Part shown: piece by piece, positions 7,707-15,301 of the stretch | Position numbering within the stretch: the stretch's first letter is position 1 | How the letters are laid out: every line of letters begins with the position of its first letter | From: Chroococcidiopsidaceae cyanobacterium CP_BM_ER_R8_30 | GTDB lineage: Bacteria; Cyanobacteriota; Cyanobacteriia; Cyanobacteriales; Chroococcidiopsidaceae | Direction: 5' to 3' | NCBI GenBank assembly: GCA_019244235.1 | Contig: JAFASY010000118.1 | Coordinates: 1-15,301, forward strand | Length of the DNA: 15,301 nt | Notes under the pieces: model-generated | The model's input: the letters and a program-made list of their open reading frames with translations, nothing else | Database searches by the model: none | Told to the model about the DNA's origin: nothing | Position numbers and translations under genes: made by a program

Positions 7707-8161
7707 TGCCTGAAGAGGAAACAACTGCTGATGCTGTTGAACTAGATCAAAGGTCTCTTACGGGTGACGACATGCCAGGTTCACCCTCAGGCTTGACTTG
7801 TCCTGACTGCGGTGGAGCCCTATGGGAAACCTGCCAAGACCATCTCCTCCAGTATCGATGCCATGTCGGTCACGCTTTCTTAGCGGAAGTTTTGCTAGAG
7901 AGCCAAGCTGAGGAAATTGAGCGGTCCTTGTGGACGTTACTACGGATTTTAAAGGAGCGGATGGCGTTGGCTCATCATTTGGCAAATGCAGAACGGCAGC
8001 AGGACAGCTCTGTAGGAGCTATTCGGCACTTTGAGGCGCAGGCAGAGCAAGCTCGGCGTCGAGCGGAAATGATTCGGCAAGTGCTTTTGCTTGGTGAGGT
8101 GAATCCTCTTTCAGAACCCGACATGCCGAAGCAGACTGTGGACGAGCAGCAAGACTTTTAG
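7703..8161 (+). CDS. Zinc-ribbon (CxxC…CHxGH) plus helical domain protein. It is homologous to the C-terminal module of the CheB-like protein at 11399-12442 and is probably translationally coupled to the preceding CheB-like ORF.
   Basis: TCPDCGGALWETCQDHLLQYRCHVGHAF… aligns with TCPECHGVLLQLKEGNLIRFRCHTGHAY… in the fused paralogue. So does the downstream helical region (EEIERSLWTLLRIL… vs IEETLWDGIRTI… and …QAEQARRRAEMIRQVLL vs …AEDAKRRANLVRQAI). The start overlaps the upstream stop by 4 nt. Confidence 0.7.
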   Translation: MMPEEETTADAVELDQRSLTGDDMPGSPSGLTCPDCGGALWETCQDHLLQYRCHVGHAFLAEVLLESQAEEIERSLWTLLRILKERMALAHHLANAERQQDSSVGAIRHFEAQAEQARRRAEMIRQVLLLGEVNPLSEPDMPKQTVDEQQDF

Positions 8162-11100
8162 CTAGGATTTGTTTCCGATCGCCTCTGCTCAGTGATGTCC
8201 TCGATCGCCAGCAAAATCATCTGGGTGTTGTCAATCTTGGGCATTCTGCGAGCTTTGAGCCGCATGATTTTACGTCCAATCTGATCGAACTCATGCTCGA
8301 CCTCAAAATCTTGAAACTGGGCATCACTGGCAAGAATCTCTTCGAGTTGCGATCGCAATTGGGGGATTTCCCACTGTCCGTTACCCAATTCAAAAATCAA
8401 CTGTTGCTCTGTTTGCACAGGTGAAACCTGAAACATGTCATAGAACGAAAAATTTGCTGTGATCACCCGTAGCTCTCCATTCATTACGAGCAGCGGTTCC
8501 CAAACGGTTTCCACGATTGCACTGGCATAATCTCTCGCTTCCATCAATTGGGCATTACTGCGTTTGAGGTCGTCAATATCAATCAACACCAGCACTGCCC
8601 CATCGATCTTATTGTCGATAGTGCGATAGGGGCGGATGCGCAGGTGATACCAACGCCCATCCCGGTCTTGAATCTCCTGAGCCTTTAAGCTGAGTGTCCG
8701 AATCACTTCTGAAATCTGTTGCTCTAAGTTTGGCACACTCAACTTGTGGGTTATGTCACTCAGCGGTCGCCCAATGTCGGTGGAAATTAGGTTGAAGATT
8801 CCTTCCATCGCTGGGGTAAACTGCCGAATCTGGAGGTCAGATCCCAACATCAAGATGGGAATATGAATACTGTTAAGCAGATTCTGCAAATCGTTGCTCA
8901 CTTGGGTCGCTTCCTGGGTACGGCGGCGCAATTCATCATTTACCGTATTCAGTTCTTCGTTCGCCGCCTGAATTTCTTCTTTCGCCGTTTCCAACTCCTC
9001 ATTCGTACTTTGCAACTCTTCATTGCTTGACAAAATCTCTTCGTTGGCGGCTCTCAAGTCCTGGTTCGTGGCTTGCTGCTCTTCAATGATCGATTGCAGA
9101 TGCTCTCGGTTCGTTGCCAGTTCCTGCTTGAGTCGAGCAATCTCAGCGGCCTCCCTAGTCTTACGCCTGGTAGGAGTTCTGCTTTCGTCAGTTGTAGCTA
9201 GTAACTCCAAGCTTAGCGGCGGCGTATCTTCAAATAGAACTAAGAAACACTCCTGTGTCCCCCCCACCTGGAACGGAGTGACATTGATAGTGACCTGCCG
9301 AGTGCGATTTGTAGAACGCTCCTCTTGGAGATCGCCCTCTCTAATTTGTAAGCCTTCTCGTTTAACTGACGAATTTTGTTGTTTTGCCTGGTAAATGGCA
9401 GACTGTAGCTCTCGCCGCAATTCTTCTTTCGCCATCCTGAGCAGGTTTAAGCTGGCGCGACCGGGAGCTGGTTCCAGATACGGACTGGTCTGTCCCCGAA
9501 ATTGCAGAATCTCCAGGTTGGCATCGACCACGACCCCAGAGGGGGCGTATTGATTTAAAACAATTCGGTCTGCTTCTCTCTGGATTTCCAATTCGTTGGG
9601 CAACTGTTCTGTCACAAGGGGCTGAGGGGTGATAATAGTTGGAGACTGAGAACTGGCAGTCAATTCGATATTGACCCGAGCTGTTGTCAGTTTTTTGGCA
9701 TAAATTTTGTTTTTTTTGTCACATAGGGTAAACAGGTCGCCAAAGTCACCCACCGTTTCTGAGGTACCTAACATGAGAAAGCCTGTGGACTTCAGACCAT
9801 AGTGGAAAATTGGTAGGAGCTTTTTCTGTAAAGTTGTTCCTAAGTAGATCAGAACATTGCGACAGCTGATTAAATCGAGCCGCGAGAATGGCGGATCGCC
9901 AATCAGATTTTGCCTGGCAAAGACGCAAAGTTCCCGCACAGACTTACTGATCTGGTAGCCTCCCTCAGCTCGAACAAAGAACCGATGGAGCCGTTCAGGG
10001 GTAACATTTGCAACCTGGCTGAGCGTATAGAACCCGGTGCGGGCGTGTTCGATCGCCATTTCACTAATATCGGTTGCGTAAATTTGAATTGGGATGCGGG
10101 GAAACTGATCTGCCAGAAACTCTAGCAAGCAGATGGCAATAGAGTAAGCTTCTTCCCCAGTAGCACAACCCGCCACCCAAATGCGAAGGGGCGTGCCTGG
10201 TGATTTATCCTTAAAAATGACAGGAAACACCAAGCTTTTTAAGGCATCAAAGCTTTCAAAGTCGCGGAAAAAACTGGTGACATGTATCAAGCAATCTTGA
10301 TACAGCGCCATCACTTCTGACGAGTTGTTCTGGAGATAGCGAGCATAATCCTCCTGCCGTTCTAGCTTGTACAGCAGCATCCGCCGCTGAATCCGACGAT
10401 TTAAGGTGGTTTGTTTATAGTGAGTGAAGTCAACGCCTGTTGCCTTCCGCAGCAAGTTGAAGATAACGGCAAGTGCCTCTTGACTAGTAGACAGGGATGA
10501 GTCTGCCTCCGATTCAGTTGTGGGTAAGCTGACAATGTAGGGATGACTGCTAATCTCAGCTAGCTTCTGTGCAATTTGGTCGGGCGGTAAGACGAAATCT
10601 ACCTGACCTGTGGCGATCGCTGTGTTGGGCATACTCTCGACTTGGGCCGACTCCTGACATTGGGCAAAAGTTACACCACCCGCCGCCTTGATTGCCTCCA
10701 GTCCCCGTGCCCCGTCAGAATCGGCACCCGATAAAATGACAGCAATCCCTTTGTTGCCCCGCTCTTCAGCCAGGGAAATCAGAAATGTATCCACTGACAT
10801 AAACGGTCGATTGTGACTAGGGCGAGTCGCTAGTTTTAGTACCCCTTGCTCAATTGTCATACTGGCATTTGGTGGAATGACATAGACCTGATTGGGCGCG
10901 ATCTCCATGCCATCCTCTACCTCACGCACAGGCATTTGGGTTACCCGAGAAAGAATTAAGCTCAACACGCTTTCCTGCTCTGGAGCCATGTGTTGAATAA
11001 TGACAAATGCCATACCTAGATCGGTTGGCAAATGATTCAGCAATTGGGTAAAAGCTTCTAATCCTCCCGCCGAGGCTCCAATCCCAACCACTGGAAATAA

Positions 11101-11193
11101 TTCCTGAAGATTGTCCGCCTGATTTTCAGCAGGCACTTTGCCATCATCAGAGGGATTGGGTTGAGATTTTTTGGAAGAGCGTCTAGGTGTCAT
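8158..11193 (-). CDS. CheB methylesterase / CheR methyltransferase / PAS fusion signalling protein with no kinase or receiver domain. First ATG is at 11193; the longest ORF extends to GTG at 11292.
   Basis: aa ~66-250 form a CheB catalytic domain (IGASAGGLEA, VIIQHMAP, ILSGADSDGARG). aa ~270-520 form CheR (CheR_N then the SAM-binding GCATGEEAYSIA…ATDIS…). aa ~575-690 are a PAS-like segment. aa 716-806 carry the family-typical NEEL heptad coiled coil (NEEILSSNEELQSTNEELETAKEEIQAANEELNTVNDEL). aa ~810-920 and ~925-1040 are two PAS-like domains (…WYHLRIRPYR…, …NGQWEIPQLRSQLEE…). The stop TAA is at 8160-8158. Confidence 0.9.
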   Translation of the reverse strand: MTPRRSSKKSQPNPSDDGKVPAENQADNLQELFPVVGIGASAGGLEAFTQLLNHLPTDLGMAFVIIQHMAPEQESVLSLILSRVTQMPVREVEDGMEIAPNQVYVIPPNASMTIEQGVLKLATRPSHNRPFMSVDTFLISLAEERGNKGIAVILSGADSDGARGLEAIKAAGGVTFAQCQESAQVESMPNTAIATGQVDFVLPPDQIAQKLAEISSHPYIVSLPTTESEADSSLSTSQEALAVIFNLLRKATGVDFTHYKQTTLNRRIQRRMLLYKLERQEDYARYLQNNSSEVMALYQDCLIHVTSFFRDFESFDALKSLVFPVIFKDKSPGTPLRIWVAGCATGEEAYSIAICLLEFLADQFPRIPIQIYATDISEMAIEHARTGFYTLSQVANVTPERLHRFFVRAEGGYQISKSVRELCVFARQNLIGDPPFSRLDLISCRNVLIYLGTTLQKKLLPIFHYGLKSTGFLMLGTSETVGDFGDLFTLCDKKNKIYAKKLTTARVNIELTASSQSPTIITPQPLVTEQLPNELEIQREADRIVLNQYAPSGVVVDANLEILQFRGQTSPYLEPAPGRASLNLLRMAKEELRRELQSAIYQAKQQNSSVKREGLQIREGDLQEERSTNRTRQVTINVTPFQVGGTQECFLVLFEDTPPLSLELLATTDESRTPTRRKTREAAEIARLKQELATNREHLQSIIEEQQATNQDLRAANEEILSSNEELQSTNEELETAKEEIQAANEELNTVNDELRRRTQEATQVSNDLQNLLNSIHIPILMLGSDLQIRQFTPAMEGIFNLISTDIGRPLSDITHKLSVPNLEQQISEVIRTLSLKAQEIQDRDGRWYHLRIRPYRTIDNKIDGAVLVLIDIDDLKRSNAQLMEARDYASAIVETVWEPLLVMNGELRVITANFSFYDMFQVSPVQTEQQLIFELGNGQWEIPQLRSQLEEILASDAQFQDFEVEHEFDQIGRKIMRLKARRMPKIDNTQMILLAIEDITEQRRSETNPS

Positions 11194-11292
11194 GTCTGGT
11201 GGCTGCTGCAATGCTTGACTAGAGGAGCGAGCGCTTATTCTATAACTATTGTGACAGAACCGAATCACTCCAATGCTGAAGCAGGCGATCAC

Positions 11293-11398
11293 TTTACTAA
11301 AGACTCCACTTGCCCTAACTGAGTGTTGGATCTCAAGTGAGTATGTTAGTCTAGGAAGTCAGGGGTAGCTAAAGAGTGAAAATAGTAAGGAGCGACGA
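11293..11398. promoter_or_regulatory. Divergent intergenic region between the CheB-CheR-PAS gene (-) and the CheB-like/Zn-ribbon gene (+). It contains the SD AAGGAG at 11387-11392, 6 nt before GTG 11399.
   Basis: Non-coding on both strands, with the Shine-Dalgarno sequence read directly. Promoter hexamers not confidently assignable. Confidence 0.45.
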
Positions 11399-12442
11399 GT
11401 GTTAAAGCCCGATATTGTTGTCATCGGAGCATCAGCCGGAGGACTCGGAGCCTTTGAAACACTCGTCTCTCAACTGCCGTCTGACTTTCCTGCGGCTATC
11501 TTTATCGTCTGGCATATTTCCCCAGATTACCCAAGTTTGTTACCCCAAATTTTGGCGCGGGTCACTTCACTGCCAGTGGCACATGCTGTTGACAGGAAGC
11601 CTATCAAAACAGGTCGTATCTATGTAGCTCCTCCCGATCATCATTTATTAGTTGAGCCAGGGGTTATCCGACTCTCTCGTGGTCCCAAAGAAAACCGCTT
11701 TCGTCCGGCGATTGATGTCTTGTTTCGCTCTGCCGCCAGATCTTTTGGAAAGCGAGTTATTGGGGTGGTGTTAAGTGGCAGTCTCGATGATGGAGCAGCT
11801 GGGCTATACGCAATTAAGGAGCGAGGCGGCATTGCCATCGTTCAAGATCCATTGGATGCGCTTCATCCCTCCATGCCCAGAGCGGCGATGAAAACAGTGG
11901 CAGTTGATTATTGTGTGCCTATTATCGAAATGGGAGCTTTGTTAACCTATCTAGTTGACCAAGCAATTCCCGAAGAGGAGGAGAATGTAGTGTCTGAGAG
12001 CATGGATATTGAAGTCGGCGTGGCACGGGAAGACAATGGGTTGGAGATGGGGATCATGAAGATAGGTGAGCCTTCCCCCTATACCTGTCCTGAATGTCAT
12101 GGCGTACTGTTGCAATTGAAAGAAGGCAATTTAATCCGCTTTCGCTGTCATACAGGGCACGCCTATTCACTCAATTCCCTTCTAGCTGAGGTCACACAGT
12201 CGATTGAAGAAACTCTCTGGGATGGCATCAGAACCATTGAAGCAAGCGAGATGTTAATGACTCATACAGCAAAACATCTGCGTGAGATGAACGAGCATGA
12301 AGCGGCAGACCTCTTGTTGCAAAAAGCTGAGGACGCTAAGCGACGAGCAAATTTGGTCCGGCAAGCAATCATAAGCAACGAAATATTGAGCCAAGATAAT
12401 TTGGAAGAAGAAGTTAGAAGGGAAGGAATTAGGGAGTCCTGA
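11399..12442 (+). CDS. CheB-type methylesterase catalytic domain fused to a C-terminal zinc-ribbon/helical module. No receiver domain.
   Basis: GTG start with a strong SD. VVIGASAGGLGA (Ser), FIVWHISP (His), LSGSLDDGAAG (Asp), DHHLLV, GPKENRFRPAIDVLFR. Then a linker (PEEEENVVSESMDIEV…), then C230-P-E-C233…R-C250-H-T-G-H254 and a helical tail. It is colinear with ORF 7113-7706 plus ORF 7703-8161. Confidence 0.88.
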   Translation: MLKPDIVVIGASAGGLGAFETLVSQLPSDFPAAIFIVWHISPDYPSLLPQILARVTSLPVAHAVDRKPIKTGRIYVAPPDHHLLVEPGVIRLSRGPKENRFRPAIDVLFRSAARSFGKRVIGVVLSGSLDDGAAGLYAIKERGGIAIVQDPLDALHPSMPRAAMKTVAVDYCVPIIEMGALLTYLVDQAIPEEEENVVSESMDIEVGVAREDNGLEMGIMKIGEPSPYTCPECHGVLLQLKEGNLIRFRCHTGHAYSLNSLLAEVTQSIEETLWDGIRTIEASEMLMTHTAKHLREMNEHEAADLLLQKAEDAKRRANLVRQAIISNEILSQDNLEEEVRREGIRES

Positions 12443-12580
12443 GACTCTGCATAGCTAGAGAAGCACGGGTTCTCGACCTGGAGATGGGCAACTCAATCCA
12501 GAGATTTGCGTCCCCACAATGCGGCTTGAACTGCCAGAACACTGCTATGACCAGTGTTGATCGCACAGTTGGAGAAACTT

Positions 12581-13753
12581 ATGAGACGCAAAAACTCCCA
12601 TCCAGCTTGGATTGGCATTGCTCTGGCATTCTACGCATTCATTGCCATTGGCATCGCCGAAGGCGGATTAGGTGTATTGCTACCTTCTATTTTGCAAACG
12701 TATCATTTGACTCCTGCAACTGTAACAGCTCTGTTTCTCAGTCAAATGACTGGATACATAATTGCAGCAATGACCAGCAGCCTGCTTAGCAGTTTGATGG
12801 GATTAGCACGAATGCTGCTGCTGGCTGCTATTGTACTTACCAGTGCCCTAATTATGTATGCAATCACCCCTCACTGGTTTGTTATGGTTGCCTGTGGGAT
12901 TCTACTTGGTCTGGGAATTGGGCTGATCGATGCAGGCATTAACACATTCATTGCTAAGCAAGAAAATGCCAATTTGATGGGAATGCTCCATGCCTTCTAT
13001 GGTATCGGAGCGTTGTCAGGTCCAACGCTAGCGACAACACTCTTGGCTTTGGAAGTAGATTGGCGACAAGTTTATCTGGTGGTTGCAGGAGTAGTAGGAG
13101 TGACGATCGTGGGAATGCTGTGGGCAGTTCTACAGCGCTATCAACCCATGATGGTAAGACTAAGCACTGATACAAATCCCGTTGCCAATCTTCAAAGCGC
13201 ACTGCACACACCGATTGTTCTGGTTGCTGGTCTATTGCTGCTGATCTATGTCGGAACTGAAGTGTCAATTGGCAACTGGGCATACACAGTGCAACATGTG
13301 AGCCGAGGAATACCTAACTGGATTGCCGGATATAGCATCAGTAGTTATTGGTTAGGACTAACCTTGGGGCGGTTAGGCACAGGACAAATGGTAAAGGTTC
13401 TGGGAGCGAACCGCACAATCGACTTCTCTCTTGCTCTGCTGCTGCTGGGTTTACTGATCTGGTGGTTACTACCAAATCAAGAGTTGAGTTTTCCATTGAT
13501 GGGATTGGCTCTGGCAGCAATTTTTCCTACCCTAATTTGGTCAATGCCGCAACGTTTACCAGCAGCTATGGTGCCAGCAGCGATCGGCTTTCTTGCTAGT
13601 GTAGGTAGTTTAGGAGCCGCTTTGGTACCAACGGTCATTGGATGGATTGCTAACGCACTTTCTTTGGCAGTGATTCCAGCCTTACTCATACCACTAGCTG
13701 TCTTGATGATGATTTTGCATCGTGGGCTTGTGCGAGAGACTTCATCTAGATGA
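12581..13753 (+). CDS. MFS-type transporter. The longest ORF starts with GTG at 12554; ATG 12581 is preceded by GGAGaaactt.
   Basis: About 390 aa with about 12 predicted hydrophobic helices in a 6+6 arrangement, separated by a central loop (…QRYQPMMVRLSTDTNPVANLQS…). There is a G-x3-D-x-G style motif near TM2-3 (GLGIGLIDAGINT). Substrate not inferable. Confidence 0.8.
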   Translation: MRRKNSHPAWIGIALAFYAFIAIGIAEGGLGVLLPSILQTYHLTPATVTALFLSQMTGYIIAAMTSSLLSSLMGLARMLLLAAIVLTSALIMYAITPHWFVMVACGILLGLGIGLIDAGINTFIAKQENANLMGMLHAFYGIGALSGPTLATTLLALEVDWRQVYLVVAGVVGVTIVGMLWAVLQRYQPMMVRLSTDTNPVANLQSALHTPIVLVAGLLLLIYVGTEVSIGNWAYTVQHVSRGIPNWIAGYSISSYWLGLTLGRLGTGQMVKVLGANRTIDFSLALLLLGLLIWWLLPNQELSFPLMGLALAAIFPTLIWSMPQRLPAAMVPAAIGFLASVGSLGAALVPTVIGWIANALSLAVIPALLIPLAVLMMILHRGLVRETSSR

Positions 13754-13833
13754 TTTACACCACTTTGGAGTGATTACAGAAGCGGGTGAGATTTCTACCA
13801 TGAAGTGCCAACCAAAGGGAGACAAAGATTGAG

Positions 13834-15003
13834 ATGAAAGCAGTTTGCTGGTACGGCACCAACGATGTCCGGGTCGAAACAGTTCCCGATCCCAAAATTC
13901 TCAACCCCCGCGATGCCATCCTCAAAGTCACAGCCACTACCATCTGCGGTTCGGACTTGCACCTCTACGATGGCTATGTCCCAACAATGCAACCGGGTGA
14001 CATTCTGGGTCACGAGTTCATGGGAGAAATTGTGGAAATTGGCAGTGAAGTCAAGCAATTGCAACCAGGCGATCGCGTGGTTGTCTCTTCCATGATCGGT
14101 TGCGGTCAGTGTTTCTTCTGCAATCAGCAGATGTGGTCGCTGTGCGATAACTCGAATCCCAACGCTTGGATGCAGGAAAAGTTATTTGGCTTTGGGACTT
14201 CGGGAATTTATGGTTATTCACACCTATTTGGCGGTTACGCTGGTGGCGATGCGGAATACGTGCGCGTGCCGTTTGCTGATTTTGGCGCGATCAAAGTGCC
14301 TAAAGATATCCCCGATGAAAAGCTGTTGCCGATAAGCGATGCCTTTCCTACAGGCTATATGGGAGCAGATTTATGTAATATTCAGCCCGGAGATATTGTA
14401 GCTGTTTGGGGGTGTGGTCCGGTTGGACAGTTTGCGATGCGTAGCGCTTATCTGCTAGGGGCGGAGCGCGTGATTGGTATCGACCGCTTTTCCTATCGTT
14501 TGCAACTGGCTAAGGACTTTGCCAAAGCGGAAACGATCAACTACGAAGAGGTCGATGCAGGCGAAGCCCTCAAAGAAATGACAGGTGGTCGTGGTCCCGA
14601 TGCTTGTATTGATGCCGTGGGCATGGAAGCTCATGGTATGGGTCCAGAGGGACTGTACGACGCAGCCAAGCAGGCAGTGCGGTTAGAAACCGATCGCCCC
14701 CATGTGCTGCGGCAAATGATGTTGGCTTGTCGCAAGGGTGGCACTCTATCAGTTATGGGTGTTTATGCTGGTTTTATAGATAAGGTGCCAATGGGTGCTG
14801 TGATGAACAAAGCCTTAACGGTTAGAACGGGTCAAATGCACGGTCAAAAGTATATGCCCCGGTTGTTGGGTCACATCATCGAGGGTGAAGTCGATCCATC
14901 GGCTGTGTTCTCGCACCACTTACCCCTAACAGAGGCGAAGCAGGGCTTTGAGTTGTTTAAGAATAAAAAAGACAACTGCGTCAAGGTTTTACTTAAACCC
15001 TGA
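13834..15003 (+). CDS. Zinc-dependent medium-chain alcohol dehydrogenase, glutathione-independent formaldehyde dehydrogenase-like
   Basis: MKAVCWYG…, catalytic-Zn ligands in TICGSDLH and GHEFMGEIV, structural-Zn cluster CGQCFFCNQQMWSLC (C-x2-C-x2-C-x7-C), and a Rossmann GCGPVGQ. The ~389-aa length and the long insertion around residues 105-140 are typical of the FdhA-like branch. Confidence 0.88.
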   Translation: MKAVCWYGTNDVRVETVPDPKILNPRDAILKVTATTICGSDLHLYDGYVPTMQPGDILGHEFMGEIVEIGSEVKQLQPGDRVVVSSMIGCGQCFFCNQQMWSLCDNSNPNAWMQEKLFGFGTSGIYGYSHLFGGYAGGDAEYVRVPFADFGAIKVPKDIPDEKLLPISDAFPTGYMGADLCNIQPGDIVAVWGCGPVGQFAMRSAYLLGAERVIGIDRFSYRLQLAKDFAKAETINYEEVDAGEALKEMTGGRGPDACIDAVGMEAHGMGPEGLYDAAKQAVRLETDRPHVLRQMMLACRKGGTLSVMGVYAGFIDKVPMGAVMNKALTVRTGQMHGQKYMPRLLGHIIEGEVDPSAVFSHHLPLTEAKQGFELFKNKKDNCVKVLLKP

Positions 15004-15207
15004 TCCAAAAAGTGAATTTCATCAGTTCGGCACCGTCATACCTATCCCTTCTCAGGCGATATGCATAACGGTGCTGCTAGTAAAATAGGAATATGCTCTA
15101 CAGGTGACCAAGGGCAGGTGCTATCCGTTTTGCAGGAAGGATTGAGTTCACCAGAACATGGGCCTTCGCTCAACGCTTGTCATCCGCCAGGAGAGATTAG
15201 CTAGGGT

Positions 15208-15301
15208 TCAGTCATTTTGAGCATGTTCAAATTCGTACACATAGAAAAGTCGCTCAAACTTTTTCAGCAGGTGTCCTAGCAGGGCGAATAACACGGCACT
15301 C
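15208..15301 (-). CDS. Possible 3' end of an unidentified minus-strand gene entering from the right edge (…SAVLFALLGHLLKKFERLFYVYEFEHAQND*)
   Basis: The open frame runs 30 codons from the window edge to TGA at 15210-15208. It is protein-like but far too short to identify. Confidence 0.2.
   Translation of the reverse strand, partial: SAVLFALLGHLLKKFERLFYVYEFEHAQND

Noticed and set aside
9023-9394. 123-aa plus-strand ORF antisense to the coiled-coil region of the CheB-CheR-PAS gene
   Set aside because: It is antisense to the repetitive NEEL heptad region, which naturally lacks stops on the reverse strand. Its Ser/Cys-rich sequence has no plausible fold.
12484-12789. 101-aa Cys/His-rich ORF overlapping the MFS transporter start
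   Set aside because: It is out-of-frame with, and mostly inside, the MFS gene. The MFS frame is supported by 12 hydrophobic helices, whereas this frame gives a Cys/His/Arg-rich string typical of mistranslation.
12954-13689. Four short ORFs (both strands) inside the MFS gene, and 13755-14095 ORFs overlapping the ADH gene
   Set aside because: They are nested in confidently assigned genes, with no independent support.

Overview
This window is cyanobacterial chromosomal DNA, judging from six exact copies of the HIP1 octamer GCGATCGC and an atpD-atpC (F1 beta-epsilon) pair. GC content is moderate, about 50%. Reading left to right it contains:
- the 3' part of ATP synthase beta (atpD) and the complete epsilon subunit (atpC), followed by a clear rho-independent terminator
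- a long flotillin/SPFH-family membrane protein
- a 799-aa multi-domain response regulator on the minus strand: REC, OmpR-type winged helix, Hpt, REC, REC, then a GGDEF domain with intact GGEEF and an RxxD I-site
- an AT-rich islet with a 133-aa coiled-coil ORF
- a signalling cluster built around a 1044-aa CheB-methylesterase/CheR-methyltransferase/PAS fusion (minus strand), flanked by two more REC-less CheB catalytic-domain genes. Each of those two carries an unusual CxxC...CHxGH zinc-ribbon plus helical C-terminal module, in one case as a separate ATGA-overlapping ORF and in the other fused.
- an MFS transporter, a Zn-dependent (formaldehyde-dehydrogenase-like) alcohol dehydrogenase, and possibly the 3' end of a minus-strand gene at the right edge.
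No MCP, CheA, CheW, histidine kinase, tRNA, rRNA, CRISPR array or obvious mobile element is visible in the window. All assignments come from reading the supplied translations and the DNA; no database search was run.
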